The notes: generated by a model not told the origin, from the sequence alone. A stretch of 64,000 bases of DNA from an uncultured Gammaproteobacteria bacterium (GCA_964422835.1 CAYRCR010000001.1:212517-276516), one strand, 5' to 3'. Shown: positions 49,241 to 58,712, counted from the first letter of the stretch. Numbers and translations: made by a program.

Positions 49241-50090
49241 TTAATCCGTCGTCCAAAAATCTGAAGTTGGCTTACCATAAACCAAAGCATTTCTATGTAT
49301 CAAAAGCACTGTTTTATTTACTGTAATTCCGGTTTTCTTAGCAACCTTTTTCGCAAACTCTTTCGCATCTTTTTCGCCCTCTATTTTTATTACCTCCCTG
49401 TCAAATGCAGTGGGTAATTCACCAACTACTAGTCTATCCCCATAAAATTTTTGCATAATCGCAAGATCATATGGAGTCAAACCGCCGATCGACCTAGTGG
49501 ATTGACCCATTTCTTCGTATACAGTTCTATAAAAAGTCGCCGGGGATTTCCCGTCCCAATTTTCTTTTAATCTAACAACACTTGCTCCTCTCGCAGAAGG
49601 AGATATTGCGTCAATATTATCTTTAAAATACTCGTCTATGATTGTCTTAAAAAATCAAGGAGGGCAGAATCATATTCTCTCTTTCCATAAACCAAATCGA
49701 CCCTCATAGCCTTAACCGCTCTTGACACATCATCCGCATTAAAACATAAGCTCTCTGCTACTTGTTCAATGAAACCATCAGAAGAATAATGATGAGGGTA
49801 GCAGCTACTACCAAATACTCTGCTGGAAAGCCCTTCTTCTGCAATACACAGATACAAAGTATCCTTTTTGGTTGCGTTCTGCCCCTGCGCCTCGATGGCC
49901 CGATCTAAATGAACTAACATTTTTCTCCCCTTAGATCTTCCTCTCCTGATATCATTTACCCAATTCTTATGCGGGGGGTAAATAAGGCCTTTCCTGCCAA
50001 ACTATCCATAAATGGCGAAACTAGCTCGCCCTTGCTACCAACTGGAACTCCAACAATCTCCTCTATTCTGCGTCTGATTATTTCACTCAT
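49241..50090 (-). pseudogene. hypothetical gene (about 280 aa) broken by two single-base frameshifts in homopolymers
   Basis: ATG 50090 with TTGATA-17-TATAAT promoter; adding one base at the C6 run (49973-49978) and the T6 run (49649-49654) joins the 49636-49920 and 49241-49510 fragments into one frame. Confidence 0.65.
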
Positions 50091-50312
50091 GAAGGTATTA
50101 TAGCCCGAAAAAGGCAAATTATCAACTATAGGCTCGTTTAACTTCCTGTTTCAGTGGATATATCACACACCCGATGTGTGATATTTTTAGGTTGACATCT
50201 CGAAGGCCATGGCAATGAGCACTTCGACCCCCTCGGCTGCGCTCAGGACAAGCTCGCTCAATATAAATTCCGTCTAACCGGTGAAAAGCTAAACTTTTTA
50301 CATACATTGTTT

Positions 50313-51329
50313 TTATTTTTCAACAAGAAGCCCTCTTTTGCGGAGTTCCCCGATTTTAGCTAACTCCAATGCTTCTACTTGTGGTGGGAGTTGTTCCGCA
50401 ATTCTTAGGGCTTCCAATTTTCCAGATAAATAATCCATTATTTCTTGTTGCGAAGTTGATTGATCAAACCAAGTAAACTCTTTACTATCAGATCGATAAC
50501 CCCAATCTGTCAAACATTGATCGTAATATGGAACAAGAATTGATGGGACAGTTACCCAAATTACTAAATTATCAGGTCTATACCAAATCTGCTTTGGAAT
50601 AGTATCATTGCTAATGTGTTGAGTTACCCTAAGACCCTGGTAAAAGTCAAGAAAAAATTCCCTTAGTTCTGTATTCTCAGAAGCAAAACCCTTATAAGGA
50701 TTGGTTTCATTCCCTGGTAAATTTTGGGGTTCTGGAAATTTCATATTTCCAAAATCAACTCTTATTTGCTCACGAACTTCCGAACTTAAAGCTAACCACT
50801 TCCCTGTGCGGTAATACTCTGTCCTAGGACCACAATCGTAATCACCACCCATAGGAGTACCATGCGAAATGTAGCCTGGGTGATCTATTCCCTTTATTTC
50901 TTCTTTTGTAAAGGTATAGTTGCACCAAAGAACAGCCTTGCTTCCTTCATGACGAATTTCACCTCTACCCCATATGTCACGTACCATCCCGAGTATCTCA
51001 ACAACATTTATTCGATCTAAAAGTTGATCTCGAGCTTCAAGTCCTTTTCTGTATGTTTCTGTATGTTTTTCTAAGAGAAACTCATCATCCTTGGGAACAA
51101 GACAATCATCCGCCCAGTCCAAAGAGTAAACCATCACCCCGCGTCCATGAAAGGACCTCACTTCTCGCTCTTTACCATTTCTAAATAGAAATCCTGGAAT
51201 AACTTTGATAGTACTGATTTTTTCTCCATCTAATCGTGCTCTGAATGCATTAAGTTGAGCTTCTGTTGACATTGAAAGGTTATTTCCCACTCCTGTAGAT
51301 TGTGGTTCAGGTTCAGTTGCCATATGCAC
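50313..51329 (-). CDS. hypothetical protein
   Basis: 338 aa ORF flanked by direct repeats. Confidence 0.7.
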   Translation of the reverse strand: MHMATEPEPQSTGVGNNLSMSTEAQLNAFRARLDGEKISTIKVIPGFLFRNGKEREVRSFHGRGVMVYSLDWADDCLVPKDDEFLLEKHTETYRKGLEARDQLLDRINVVEILGMVRDIWGRGEIRHEGSKAVLWCNYTFTKEEIKGIDHPGYISHGTPMGGDYDCGPRTEYYRTGKWLALSSEVREQIRVDFGNMKFPEPQNLPGNETNPYKGFASENTELREFFLDFYQGLRVTQHISNDTIPKQIWYRPDNLVIWVTVPSILVPYYDQCLTDWGYRSDSKEFTWFDQSTSQQEIMDYLSGKLEALRIAEQLPPQVEALELAKIGELRKRGLLVEK

Positions 51330-51426
51330 GAATTTTACTCCAAGCTATAAGCTAAATCAAATTAATTTACCATGCATCTCGAAGGCCATGGTTGTAAACT
51401 TTGTCGAAACAGTGCAAAGCTAACTT

Positions 51427-51500
51427 TTAATTCTCTTCACGAGCCCTATATGTTAAAGCTTCTGCTATATGTTCCGATAAAATGTTTTCCTGATCTGCCA
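51427..51500 (-). repeat. duplicate of comM 3' end (att-like)
   Basis: 59 bp identical to 52245-52303, continuing with synonymous codons for REEN*. Confidence 0.92.
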
Positions 51501-51507
51501 AATTACA

Positions 51508-51846
51508 TCAAGTTCCCACACTGAGTGTGGGAACACAAGGAACAATCTTAATTTCTAATCTAGCTTTTAGAGCTTTGGTAACTTTTTCCAAAGTTTTCAG
51601 TGTATATCCCGTATAATCCGCAGACTCAATTCTGGCAATATTAGACTGTTTTGTCCCAACTAATTTTGCCAATTCTGTTTGAGTTAATCCCATTTTTTCC
51701 CTTAAATCATAGAGTTGGAAAGCAATATCCCAGGCTTGATCTGCTTTATCCATTTCCACCTTAAAAGAAGGATCCTGTTTTAAGAGTTTCTCTGTTAATC
51801 TATCTATATCATCTTTTATTCTTTTCATTTTAATTTTCTCCTTCAT
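51508..51846 (-). CDS. XRE-HTH antitoxin (HigA-like)
   Basis: LREKMGLTQTELAKLVGTKQSNIARIES. Confidence 0.88.
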   Translation of the reverse strand: MKEKIKMKRIKDDIDRLTEKLLKQDPSFKVEMDKADQAWDIAFQLYDLREKMGLTQTELAKLVGTKQSNIARIESADYTGYTLKTLEKVTKALKARLEIKIVPCVPTLSVGT

Positions 51847-52186
51847 TTTTTAATTCTTTTAATCTTTTTCTTGCTATTTCCAGCTCATTTACCGGAGTTT
51901 TCTGTTTCTTTTTAATAAATATATGCAATAAAATAATTATCTGCCCTTTATTAAAAGTATAAATAATTCTCAAAATATCTGTTCCTGATTTAGCTCTTAA
52001 TTCCCATAAGTTTGGTTCCAGATACTTCGATAATGGCTCTTTATGATAAATTTTATATCTTAATTTCTCAATTCCCCTACGAGCTTGAGCTACCAAAACC
52101 TTATTACTTTTTTCCAGCTCAAGAAAGAATTTCTCTATCAGATTACTTCCCGATTTATCTTTATAAAAAATTATCTTAAATTCCAT
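51830..52186 (-). CDS. RelE/HigB (Gp49-like) toxin
   Basis: LWELR...RIIY...LLHIFIKKKQKTP.NELEIA; lies upstream of the antitoxin. Confidence 0.88.
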   Translation of the reverse strand: MEFKIIFYKDKSGSNLIEKFFLELEKSNKVLVAQARRGIEKLRYKIYHKEPLSKYLEPNLWELRAKSGTDILRIIYTFNKGQIIILLHIFIKKKQKTPVNELEIARKRLKELKNEGEN

Positions 52187-52193
52187 TTATAAT

Positions 52194-52211
52194 TATATCA
52201 AATTTGATATA
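52194..52211. promoter_or_regulatory. TA autoregulatory operator
   Basis: Perfect palindrome TATATCAAATTTGATATA just upstream of the toxin ATG. Confidence 0.7.
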
Positions 52212-52229
52212 TAAAACAATACCCCAATT

Positions 52230-53750
52230 TCAATTTTCCTCCCTAGCCCTATATGTTAAAGCTTCTGCTATATGTTCCGATAAAATGTTTTCCTGATCTG
52301 CCAGGTCTGCAATAGTTCTGGAAAGTTTGAGGACCCTGTGATAACCGCGGGCCGAGAGGTTCATTTGGGATATGGCCATTTTTAAAAGATCCATGGCATC
52401 TTGGGTGATCTGGCAAAACTGCTTAATCTGGGCGCTTTTCATTTCTGAATTGGTTAAAATTCCCGAGCCTTGAAATCTTTTATATTGTAACTCCCTAGCT
52501 TTTTTAACCCTTTCACGGACAGTTTTTGAGTCCTCCGGCACTTTTTCCCCGGTTAATTTTTCCACATCCACATATGGCACATCCAAATGAATGTCAATCC
52601 TGTCAAGAAGCGGCCCTGACATCCTTTTTTTATAGCGGGAAATTTGCCCGGGCATGCAGACACAATTTTTATTAGGGCTCCCCAAAAACCCGCAGGGACA
52701 GGGGTTGTGGGCTGCCAAAAGAATAAACTGCGATGGAAAAGTTAAAGATCCGGAAGCGCGTGATATGGTCACTTTGCGGTCTTCCAGAGGCTGGCGCAGT
52801 GCCTCCAGCACTTGTCTGGGAAATTCTGGCAGTTCGTCCATAAAAAGTACACCGCGGTGGGCCATGGACACTTCCCCTGGTTTAATATTATTTCCTCCGC
52901 CAATCATCCCCACATAAGAAGCGGTGTGGTGGGGGCTGCGGAAAGGCCGGGTCGTGACAATTGCCTCACCCGGAGAAAGCGAACCGCAAATGGAATAAAT
53001 TCTGGTTACTTCCAAAGCTTCTTCTTTGGTAAGAGGTGGCAATATGGAAGGGAAGGCCCGGGCCAGCAAGGTTTTTCCAGCTCCTGGCGGGCCTTTTAAA
53101 ATAACATTATGGGCACCAGTTGCTGCAATCTCAAGAGCTCTTTTGGCCATTTCCTGCCCTTTAATATCGCGAAAGTCATATTCATAAAGATTTCCATCGG
53201 ATGAGTTAAATTCCGTCAAGGGTTGCGGTAAAACCTCTTCTGCCCCTGTTAAAAATTTAAAAATTTGTAAAATATCCTCAAAAGGATAAATGTCAATTCC
53301 ATCAACCACTGCCGCTTCCGGGGCGTTTACTTTTGGTACAAATAATCTTTTCAAACCTATTTCTTTTGCTAGTATCGCAAAAGATAAAATTCCATGAGTT
53401 GAACGCAAACTCCCGTCCAAGGACAACTCCCCCACAGCCAAGGTATTTGATAAATCAGAGACCAGTTGACCCGATGCCAGTAAGATTCCCAGGGCAATCG
53501 GCAAATCAAAGGCCGGTCCTTCTTTTGGTAAATCTGCCGGGGCTAAATTAACCGTAATTTTTTTGGGAGGGAGGTCTGCCTCGGAATTCCGAAGGGCCGA
53601 GCGGACCCTTTCTTTTGATTCCTCAACTGCCCTATCTGCCAAACCCACCAGGGTAAATGAAGGCAAGCCCTGCGAGGCAATGTCCACTTCTACCGTGACA
53701 GGAACAGATTCAAGCCCAACATTTGCTCCGGATATTACTTTGGCTAACAT
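52230..53750 (-). CDS. comM: ComM/YifB Mg-chelatase-like AAA+ ATPase
   Basis: NLAPADLPKEG, GPPGAGKT, PFRSPHH, HRGVLFMDE, NPCPCG, LSARGYHR. Confidence 0.95.
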   Translation of the reverse strand: MLAKVISGANVGLESVPVTVEVDIASQGLPSFTLVGLADRAVEESKERVRSALRNSEADLPPKKITVNLAPADLPKEGPAFDLPIALGILLASGQLVSDLSNTLAVGELSLDGSLRSTHGILSFAILAKEIGLKRLFVPKVNAPEAAVVDGIDIYPFEDILQIFKFLTGAEEVLPQPLTEFNSSDGNLYEYDFRDIKGQEMAKRALEIAATGAHNVILKGPPGAGKTLLARAFPSILPPLTKEEALEVTRIYSICGSLSPGEAIVTTRPFRSPHHTASYVGMIGGGNNIKPGEVSMAHRGVLFMDELPEFPRQVLEALRQPLEDRKVTISRASGSLTFPSQFILLAAHNPCPCGFLGSPNKNCVCMPGQISRYKKRMSGPLLDRIDIHLDVPYVDVEKLTGEKVPEDSKTVRERVKKARELQYKRFQGSGILTNSEMKSAQIKQFCQITQDAMDLLKMAISQMNLSARGYHRVLKLSRTIADLADQENILSEHIAEALTYRAREEN

Positions 53751-53780
53751 TACAGGGTAAGTATAACAAAGTTGACAAAA

Positions 53781-54368
53781 ATGTATAGTTTTGGTAAATC
53801 TAAGCCAGTGAAAAAAGCGGCCAAACAAAAATACCATCCTGTCAAAATATGCGGTGAAGTTTGTAAGCTTCCTATTGTGGAAGTGGGGCCAAATTTAAGC
53901 GTGGCCCTGTTTAATATTTTAGGAATTAATTTTGTTTCTCCTAAAATATGCAAAAGTTTAGCCAAAAAATTACCCAAGGAGATTTCTGCCATCGTCACCC
54001 CGGAGGTCAAAAGCATCTGTCTGGCTTATGAAATGTCCAAAGTTTTAAAAGTACCATATATTGTGCTTAGAAAAACTTTGAAGCCTTACATGGTCAATTC
54101 TATAGGGATTGAGGTACTTTCCATCACCACCGGCAAGCCGCAAAATTTATTCCTTGACGGTAAGGACCGCAAAAAAATCCGCGGTAAAAAAGTTATGCTT
54201 TTGGATGATGTCATATCCACCGGTGAAACTTTGAAAGGCATGCGGGCCTTGATGAAAAAAGCCGGGGCAAAAATCGCCGCAGAAGCAGCAGTTTTTACGG
54301 AGGGTGAGGAAAATTTTTGGAAAGAAGTTGTTTCACTGGGTCATCTGCCCCTGTTTAAATCAAAATGA
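53781..54368 (+). CDS. purine phosphoribosyltransferase (APRT/XPRT-like)
   Basis: PRPP loop LLDDVISTGET. Confidence 0.85.
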   Translation: MYSFGKSKPVKKAAKQKYHPVKICGEVCKLPIVEVGPNLSVALFNILGINFVSPKICKSLAKKLPKEISAIVTPEVKSICLAYEMSKVLKVPYIVLRKTLKPYMVNSIGIEVLSITTGKPQNLFLDGKDRKKIRGKKVMLLDDVISTGETLKGMRALMKKAGAKIAAEAAVFTEGEENFWKEVVSLGHLPLFKSK

Positions 54369-55171
54369 AAAAGGCACAGGCAGAAATCGGCGTTTTCGGG
54401 GGATCGGGTTTTTACTCACTGTTCCAAAAAGCAAAACAAATCAAACTAACTACCCCGTACGGCAAGCCTTCAGCTCCAATCACTATTGCGCAGATACATG
54501 GCAAAAAAGTAGCTTTCCTGCCAAGGCATGGGGAAAAACACCAGTATCCCCCCCACAAAGTTCCCTATAAAGCCAATATTTATGCCTTTAAGATGCTGGG
54601 GGTTAAAAATATTATTTCTCCTTGCGCCGTCGGGTCTTTGCAGCCTAATATTAAACCCGGGCATTTTGTTATTTTGGATCAGTTTTTTGATAGAACCCAC
54701 GGCCGCGATGACACTTATTATCACGGCCCGGAAACAGTCCATATTGGAGGAGCCAATCCCTATTGCCCCAATTTGCAAAAAATTGCCGCGGAGTCTTGCA
54801 AAAAGTTAAAAATTCCGGTTCACAAAAACGGATCAGTGGTGGTTATCAACGGACCGCGTTTTTCAACAGCTCTCGAGAGCTCTTATTTTGCCAAACTAGG
54901 CTATCAGATTATAAATATGACCCAATGTCCTGAGGCAATTTTAGCCCGGGAGATGGAAATGTGTTTTTTGGGGATAGCGCTAGTTACTGATTGGGATGCG
55001 GGAATTGCCCAAAAAGGCAAAGTAAAACCTGTGGAAACAAAAGATATCTTGAAAATGTTGAATGAAAATAACGAAAAATCAAAGAAATTAATTTTTGAAA
55101 TTATTAAAAATTTACCCCATCAAGAAAGCTGTCCTTGTACATCAGCTTTGAGTAGTGCTAAAGTCAGCTAG
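54365..55171 (+). CDS. mtnP: S-methyl-5'-thioadenosine phosphorylase
   Basis: GGSG, TPYG, PRHG, GPRFST, INMT, VTDWD. Confidence 0.9.
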   Translation: MKKAQAEIGVFGGSGFYSLFQKAKQIKLTTPYGKPSAPITIAQIHGKKVAFLPRHGEKHQYPPHKVPYKANIYAFKMLGVKNIISPCAVGSLQPNIKPGHFVILDQFFDRTHGRDDTYYHGPETVHIGGANPYCPNLQKIAAESCKKLKIPVHKNGSVVVINGPRFSTALESSYFAKLGYQIINMTQCPEAILAREMEMCFLGIALVTDWDAGIAQKGKVKPVETKDILKMLNENNEKSKKLIFEIIKNLPHQESCPCTSALSSAKVS

Positions 55172-55932
55172 TGAATGAATTCTGGGGAGAGATTAGTCCC
55201 AATTTGCACCTAGCCGATTTACATATTCATACTTGCCGTTCCGATGGTTTACTTACGCCCCAAGAAGTAATCGATCAAGCTGTGAAACTACACCTTTCAG
55301 CCATTGCCATAACTGATCATGAAGTAACCGATTCTGCCCTTGAGACAAGAGAACTAGCCAAGAACTACCCGCTTGAAGTTGTTACGGGTAGTGAAATCAC
55401 GACTCATAACGGCCACCTTTTGGGACTTTACCTTGAGAGAAATATTCCCAGTGGTAAAAAAGTTGAATGGACTATTGATGCAATCCATGACCAGAATGGG
55501 TTAGCCATTGTTCCTCATCCCATGTACAAATGGACTAAGTCACTCACTGAAAATAAAATTTTATCCATTATTCAAGGTTCAAGCGATATTTACTTTGATG
55601 GTTTTGAAATATTCAATGGCGGGGTTGCCGTAAACCCATGGACACTTGCCAACCAGGATGCCAAAGATTTTTATTATCAGTATCAGAAAAGTTTGGGCGC
55701 ACCACTTGGTGGCAGTGATACCCATTTTCGTTTGATCGGGCGGGGTCTAACCGGATATCGGGGTAATCTTTTTGAAAGCATTAAAACAAAGCAAACAACT
55801 GTATTTTTTAATACTGTAAAAGAACAGATTACATTGCAGGAATTTGCCCAGCAATTGACATTAGGGCTCATTGTTGAGCCGGGGCGGAGATTCAGGCGTT
55901 ATACTGAAAGACACTTAAATAATAGAGAATAA
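55171..55932 (+). CDS. PHP-domain phosphoesterase
   Basis: DLHIHT..SDG, ITDH, GHLL, PHP, GGSDTH. Confidence 0.88.
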   Translation: MNEFWGEISPNLHLADLHIHTCRSDGLLTPQEVIDQAVKLHLSAIAITDHEVTDSALETRELAKNYPLEVVTGSEITTHNGHLLGLYLERNIPSGKKVEWTIDAIHDQNGLAIVPHPMYKWTKSLTENKILSIIQGSSDIYFDGFEIFNGGVAVNPWTLANQDAKDFYYQYQKSLGAPLGGSDTHFRLIGRGLTGYRGNLFESIKTKQTTVFFNTVKEQITLQEFAQQLTLGLIVEPGRRFRRYTERHLNNRE

Positions 55933-55937
55933 TTTTG

Positions 55938-56300
55938 TGCCTAGGGAGCCTTTAAGCCAGATTCTGTTTGAGATGAAATCTATCTACAAATGATGTTTGA
56001 TGTCATCTGTGTCGCCTTAGGCGACTGCTCCTTATTCGAACTATCGAGCGAGCAGCTCAGTTCAATCTAGGATTGCAGCGGGGAGGATTGTCCTTCGACT
56101 CGCTTCGCTCGCTCAGGATAAATCCCTCGCGTTTCTACAAGCCAAAGATCCAGTAGCTTGATCGTTTCAACCGGCGCCACCCGGATCGTCTCTGTTACTC
56201 TAACTAGGCCTTACGGCTGTCGCCTAACGGCGACCACCCTGCTCTGCGCTGTCTGGACTTTCCTGTCGCCAATGGCGACTATCATCCAGCTTCCTAGGCA
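55938..56300 (-). ncRNA. rnpB: RNase P RNA
   Basis: P1 TGCCTAGGAAGC/GCTCCCTAGGCA, GGAAAGTCC and ACAGAATCTGGCTTA (P4), ACAGA and TGAAACG; TTGATT-17-TAAAAT promoter. Confidence 0.93.
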
Positions 56301-56343
56301 TGCTAATTTTAGCTCAAAACAAAGGCAAAATCAAATTGAAAGG

Positions 56344-57309
56344 TTATTCTTCGACCTTGAGGGTTTCTTGCAACACAAGTTGTATTACTACAGCAATAGG
56401 TACGGCCAAAAGAGCTCCTCCAATTCCCAAAAGTCTTCCTCCAACGGAAATAGCCAAAATAACAAGCAAAGGATTTAAGCCTACTGCCCGCCTCATTACC
56501 TGCGGCACCACCACATGACCCTCAAGTTGTTGTATGGCAACATAAAGCCCGGTTACAAGTCCCGCTTGAAAGGGTGAAACAGTCAGGGCCAAAAGCACTG
56601 CCGGAATAGCAGCGATAATTGGTCCGATTACCGGTACCACTTCCAGAAGCCCTGCCAAAATTGCCAAAGGCAGGGCAAATTCCACACCCAAAATCAGAAG
56701 GCCTGCATATGTCATTGCACCAATCAAAAGCGACAGAACTACCTGCCCCCGAAGCCAGGCTCCCAATTTCTCCTCCACCAACCTCAATATCTTTTGGACT
56801 TTCTCCTGGCGCACCCCGAAAAAAGAAGTAGCATAATTTTCAATTTTTTCCCTATCAAGGAGCATATAAATGGTAATTACCAAAATACTGACAAGAGCAA
56901 TCAAATCACGAAGCACATCAAAAGTAATATTTAAAAGCTGCCCCGAGATCTTGGACATTTCCTGCCTGATAATTGACTGGTCCAATAAGCTGACCTGCAG
57001 GAGGGCCGAAAGCGCATCGGCCAAGCGGGTTGTTAAATTGCTTGTTTCAGAAATCAATGGGGTAAAACCAAGAGTAATTACCGCCACAAGTATCCCCATG
57101 ACAGTAAAGAAAGTCAAAAGTACAGACAGCGTCTTGGGAATTTGCCAGGAATTGAGTTTATTAACAATCGGGTAAAGGGCTGACATAACAATAAAGGCCA
57201 CAAAAACAAGTAAGATGATGTCGCGGATCAGAAACAGTATCCAAAGAGAAAGTAAAAAAACGGCAATAAAAATAATGGTCCGGTAAGAAATATCAATTCT
57301 TCGTGTCAC
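56344..57309 (-). CDS. AI-2E family transporter
   Basis: WLRGQ, VPVIGP, QQLEGHVVVP, GALLAVP. Confidence 0.9.
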   Translation of the reverse strand: MTRRIDISYRTIIFIAVFLLSLWILFLIRDIILLVFVAFIVMSALYPIVNKLNSWQIPKTLSVLLTFFTVMGILVAVITLGFTPLISETSNLTTRLADALSALLQVSLLDQSIIRQEMSKISGQLLNITFDVLRDLIALVSILVITIYMLLDREKIENYATSFFGVRQEKVQKILRLVEEKLGAWLRGQVVLSLLIGAMTYAGLLILGVEFALPLAILAGLLEVVPVIGPIIAAIPAVLLALTVSPFQAGLVTGLYVAIQQLEGHVVVPQVMRRAVGLNPLLVILAISVGGRLLGIGGALLAVPIAVVIQLVLQETLKVEE

Positions 57310-58315
57310 ACCCCGAATAATACCATTTTTCTACCTCGTTTTCCACTACATTTATCATGTTCGGTTCATTTATATCAAACCACAAAACATCTCTTTCGTG
57401 ATTAAACCAGGTCATCTGTCTTTTGGCATATTGGTGAATTTTATTTTTGAGTCTTTCTATAAACTCTTCTTTATTGATTTTACCTTCCAAAAGGTCTGCC
57501 AATATACCATATTCCAACCCCAATTGCCTCATTCTCTTAAAAGATAGCCCTTCTTTGTATAATTTACTAGCCTCTTCAATCATTCCCTGATTAATTCTGG
57601 CAAGTAAACGCAAATCAATCCGTTGATTTAAGACCTGCCTCGGAGCAGTCAACCCAACTTTCAAAATATCCCAACTTTGCACTTTGCACTTTTCACTTTT
57701 CACTTGTTTGATGTATGGATACATAAGGTGAAGTTCAATAGAGCGAAGGAGTCTCCGTTTATTTTTTTTGTCAGAAGAAGTCATATTTTCCCATTTAGTA
57801 GGGGACAGGGTTTGTAATTTATTTTGCAGCTTTTCCAAAGAAAGTTTTTCTAACTCCCCTCTTAGTTTCAGGTCAACAGGTACAGCTAAATTAGGCAGGC
57901 CTTGCAGTAGCGCCTTAAGATATAGCCCAGTTCCACCTACAATAATCGGCAATTTATCTCTTTGCAAAATACCATCAATCACTTTTCCGGCGTCTTTAAC
58001 ATAATCATAAACTGTGTATTGAACTTTTGGAGAAACCACATCATACATCCAAACTTTAATTCCATTAATTTCCCAAAATCCTTTTCCTTTTTTAATGTCA
58101 TTCCGGACTTGATCCGGAATCCATATAGATCCTGAAACAAGTTCAGGATGACCATCTTTTCTACCCGGCATTTTGCCTGTCCCAATATCCAACCCTTTAT
58201 AAACCTGTCTGGAATCACAGGAAATAAGTTCCCCGTTAAATTTTTTGGCCAAGAATAGGGCCACATCGGTTTTTCCGGTAGCTGTCGGCCCTAAGATCGC
58301 TAACACCTTTTTCAT
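57293..58315 (-). CDS. miaA: tRNA dimethylallyltransferase
   Basis: GPTATGKT, DSRQVYKGLDIGTGK, VGGTGLY, YAKRQMTW. Confidence 0.96.
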   Translation of the reverse strand: MKKVLAILGPTATGKTDVALFLAKKFNGELISCDSRQVYKGLDIGTGKMPGRKDGHPELVSGSIWIPDQVRNDIKKGKGFWEINGIKVWMYDVVSPKVQYTVYDYVKDAGKVIDGILQRDKLPIIVGGTGLYLKALLQGLPNLAVPVDLKLRGELEKLSLEKLQNKLQTLSPTKWENMTSSDKKNKRRLLRSIELHLMYPYIKQVKSEKCKVQSWDILKVGLTAPRQVLNQRIDLRLLARINQGMIEEASKLYKEGLSFKRMRQLGLEYGILADLLEGKINKEEFIERLKNKIHQYAKRQMTWFNHERDVLWFDINEPNMINVVENEVEKWYYSGCDTKN

Positions 58316-58317
58316 AA

Positions 58318-58593
58318 TTAATCAGATTTTCCGAAGATCCAGGGGGTAGAGGTTTTTATATTTTGAGGTTTTGATCCGGAGTTTCCGCTTTTTTTGACCA
58401 TTTTGGCAACCCGAACCACTGTATCCGTCCCCACTTTTACCCGTTCGGCAATTTTCCTGACGGACAAACCATCAGATAAAAGATTGGAAATTAAAAATCT
58501 TTGTTTAACCATCCGCCATTCCGAATCGGTCAAAAACTTTTTGATCAGGTCATCAGAAATATTAATATTTCTATCTATTTTCGGTTTACTCAT
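58318..58593 (-). CDS. TrpR-like HTH protein
   Basis: LTDSEWRMVKQR...SVRKIAERVKVGTDTVVRV. Confidence 0.75.
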   Translation of the reverse strand: MSKPKIDRNINISDDLIKKFLTDSEWRMVKQRFLISNLLSDGLSVRKIAERVKVGTDTVVRVAKMVKKSGNSGSKPQNIKTSTPWIFGKSD

Positions 58594-58712
58594 GGAGGTA
58601 TTCTTAACTTTTCACTTTTCCCTTTGCACTTATCACTTTCTTACGTATGGATACATAGTAAAATAGACGGGTAGAGAAGTCAACTCCCAGAATTGATATA
58701 ATTAATTATTGT

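Noticed and set aside
50122-50307. 61-aa ORF containing ACPERSRG and ISHIGCVI
   Set aside because: It is the translation of two palindromic repeats and a direct repeat, not a credible gene.
56158-56518. + strand ORFs of 106 and 72 aa
   Set aside because: Antisense shadows of rnpB and the AI-2E gene.
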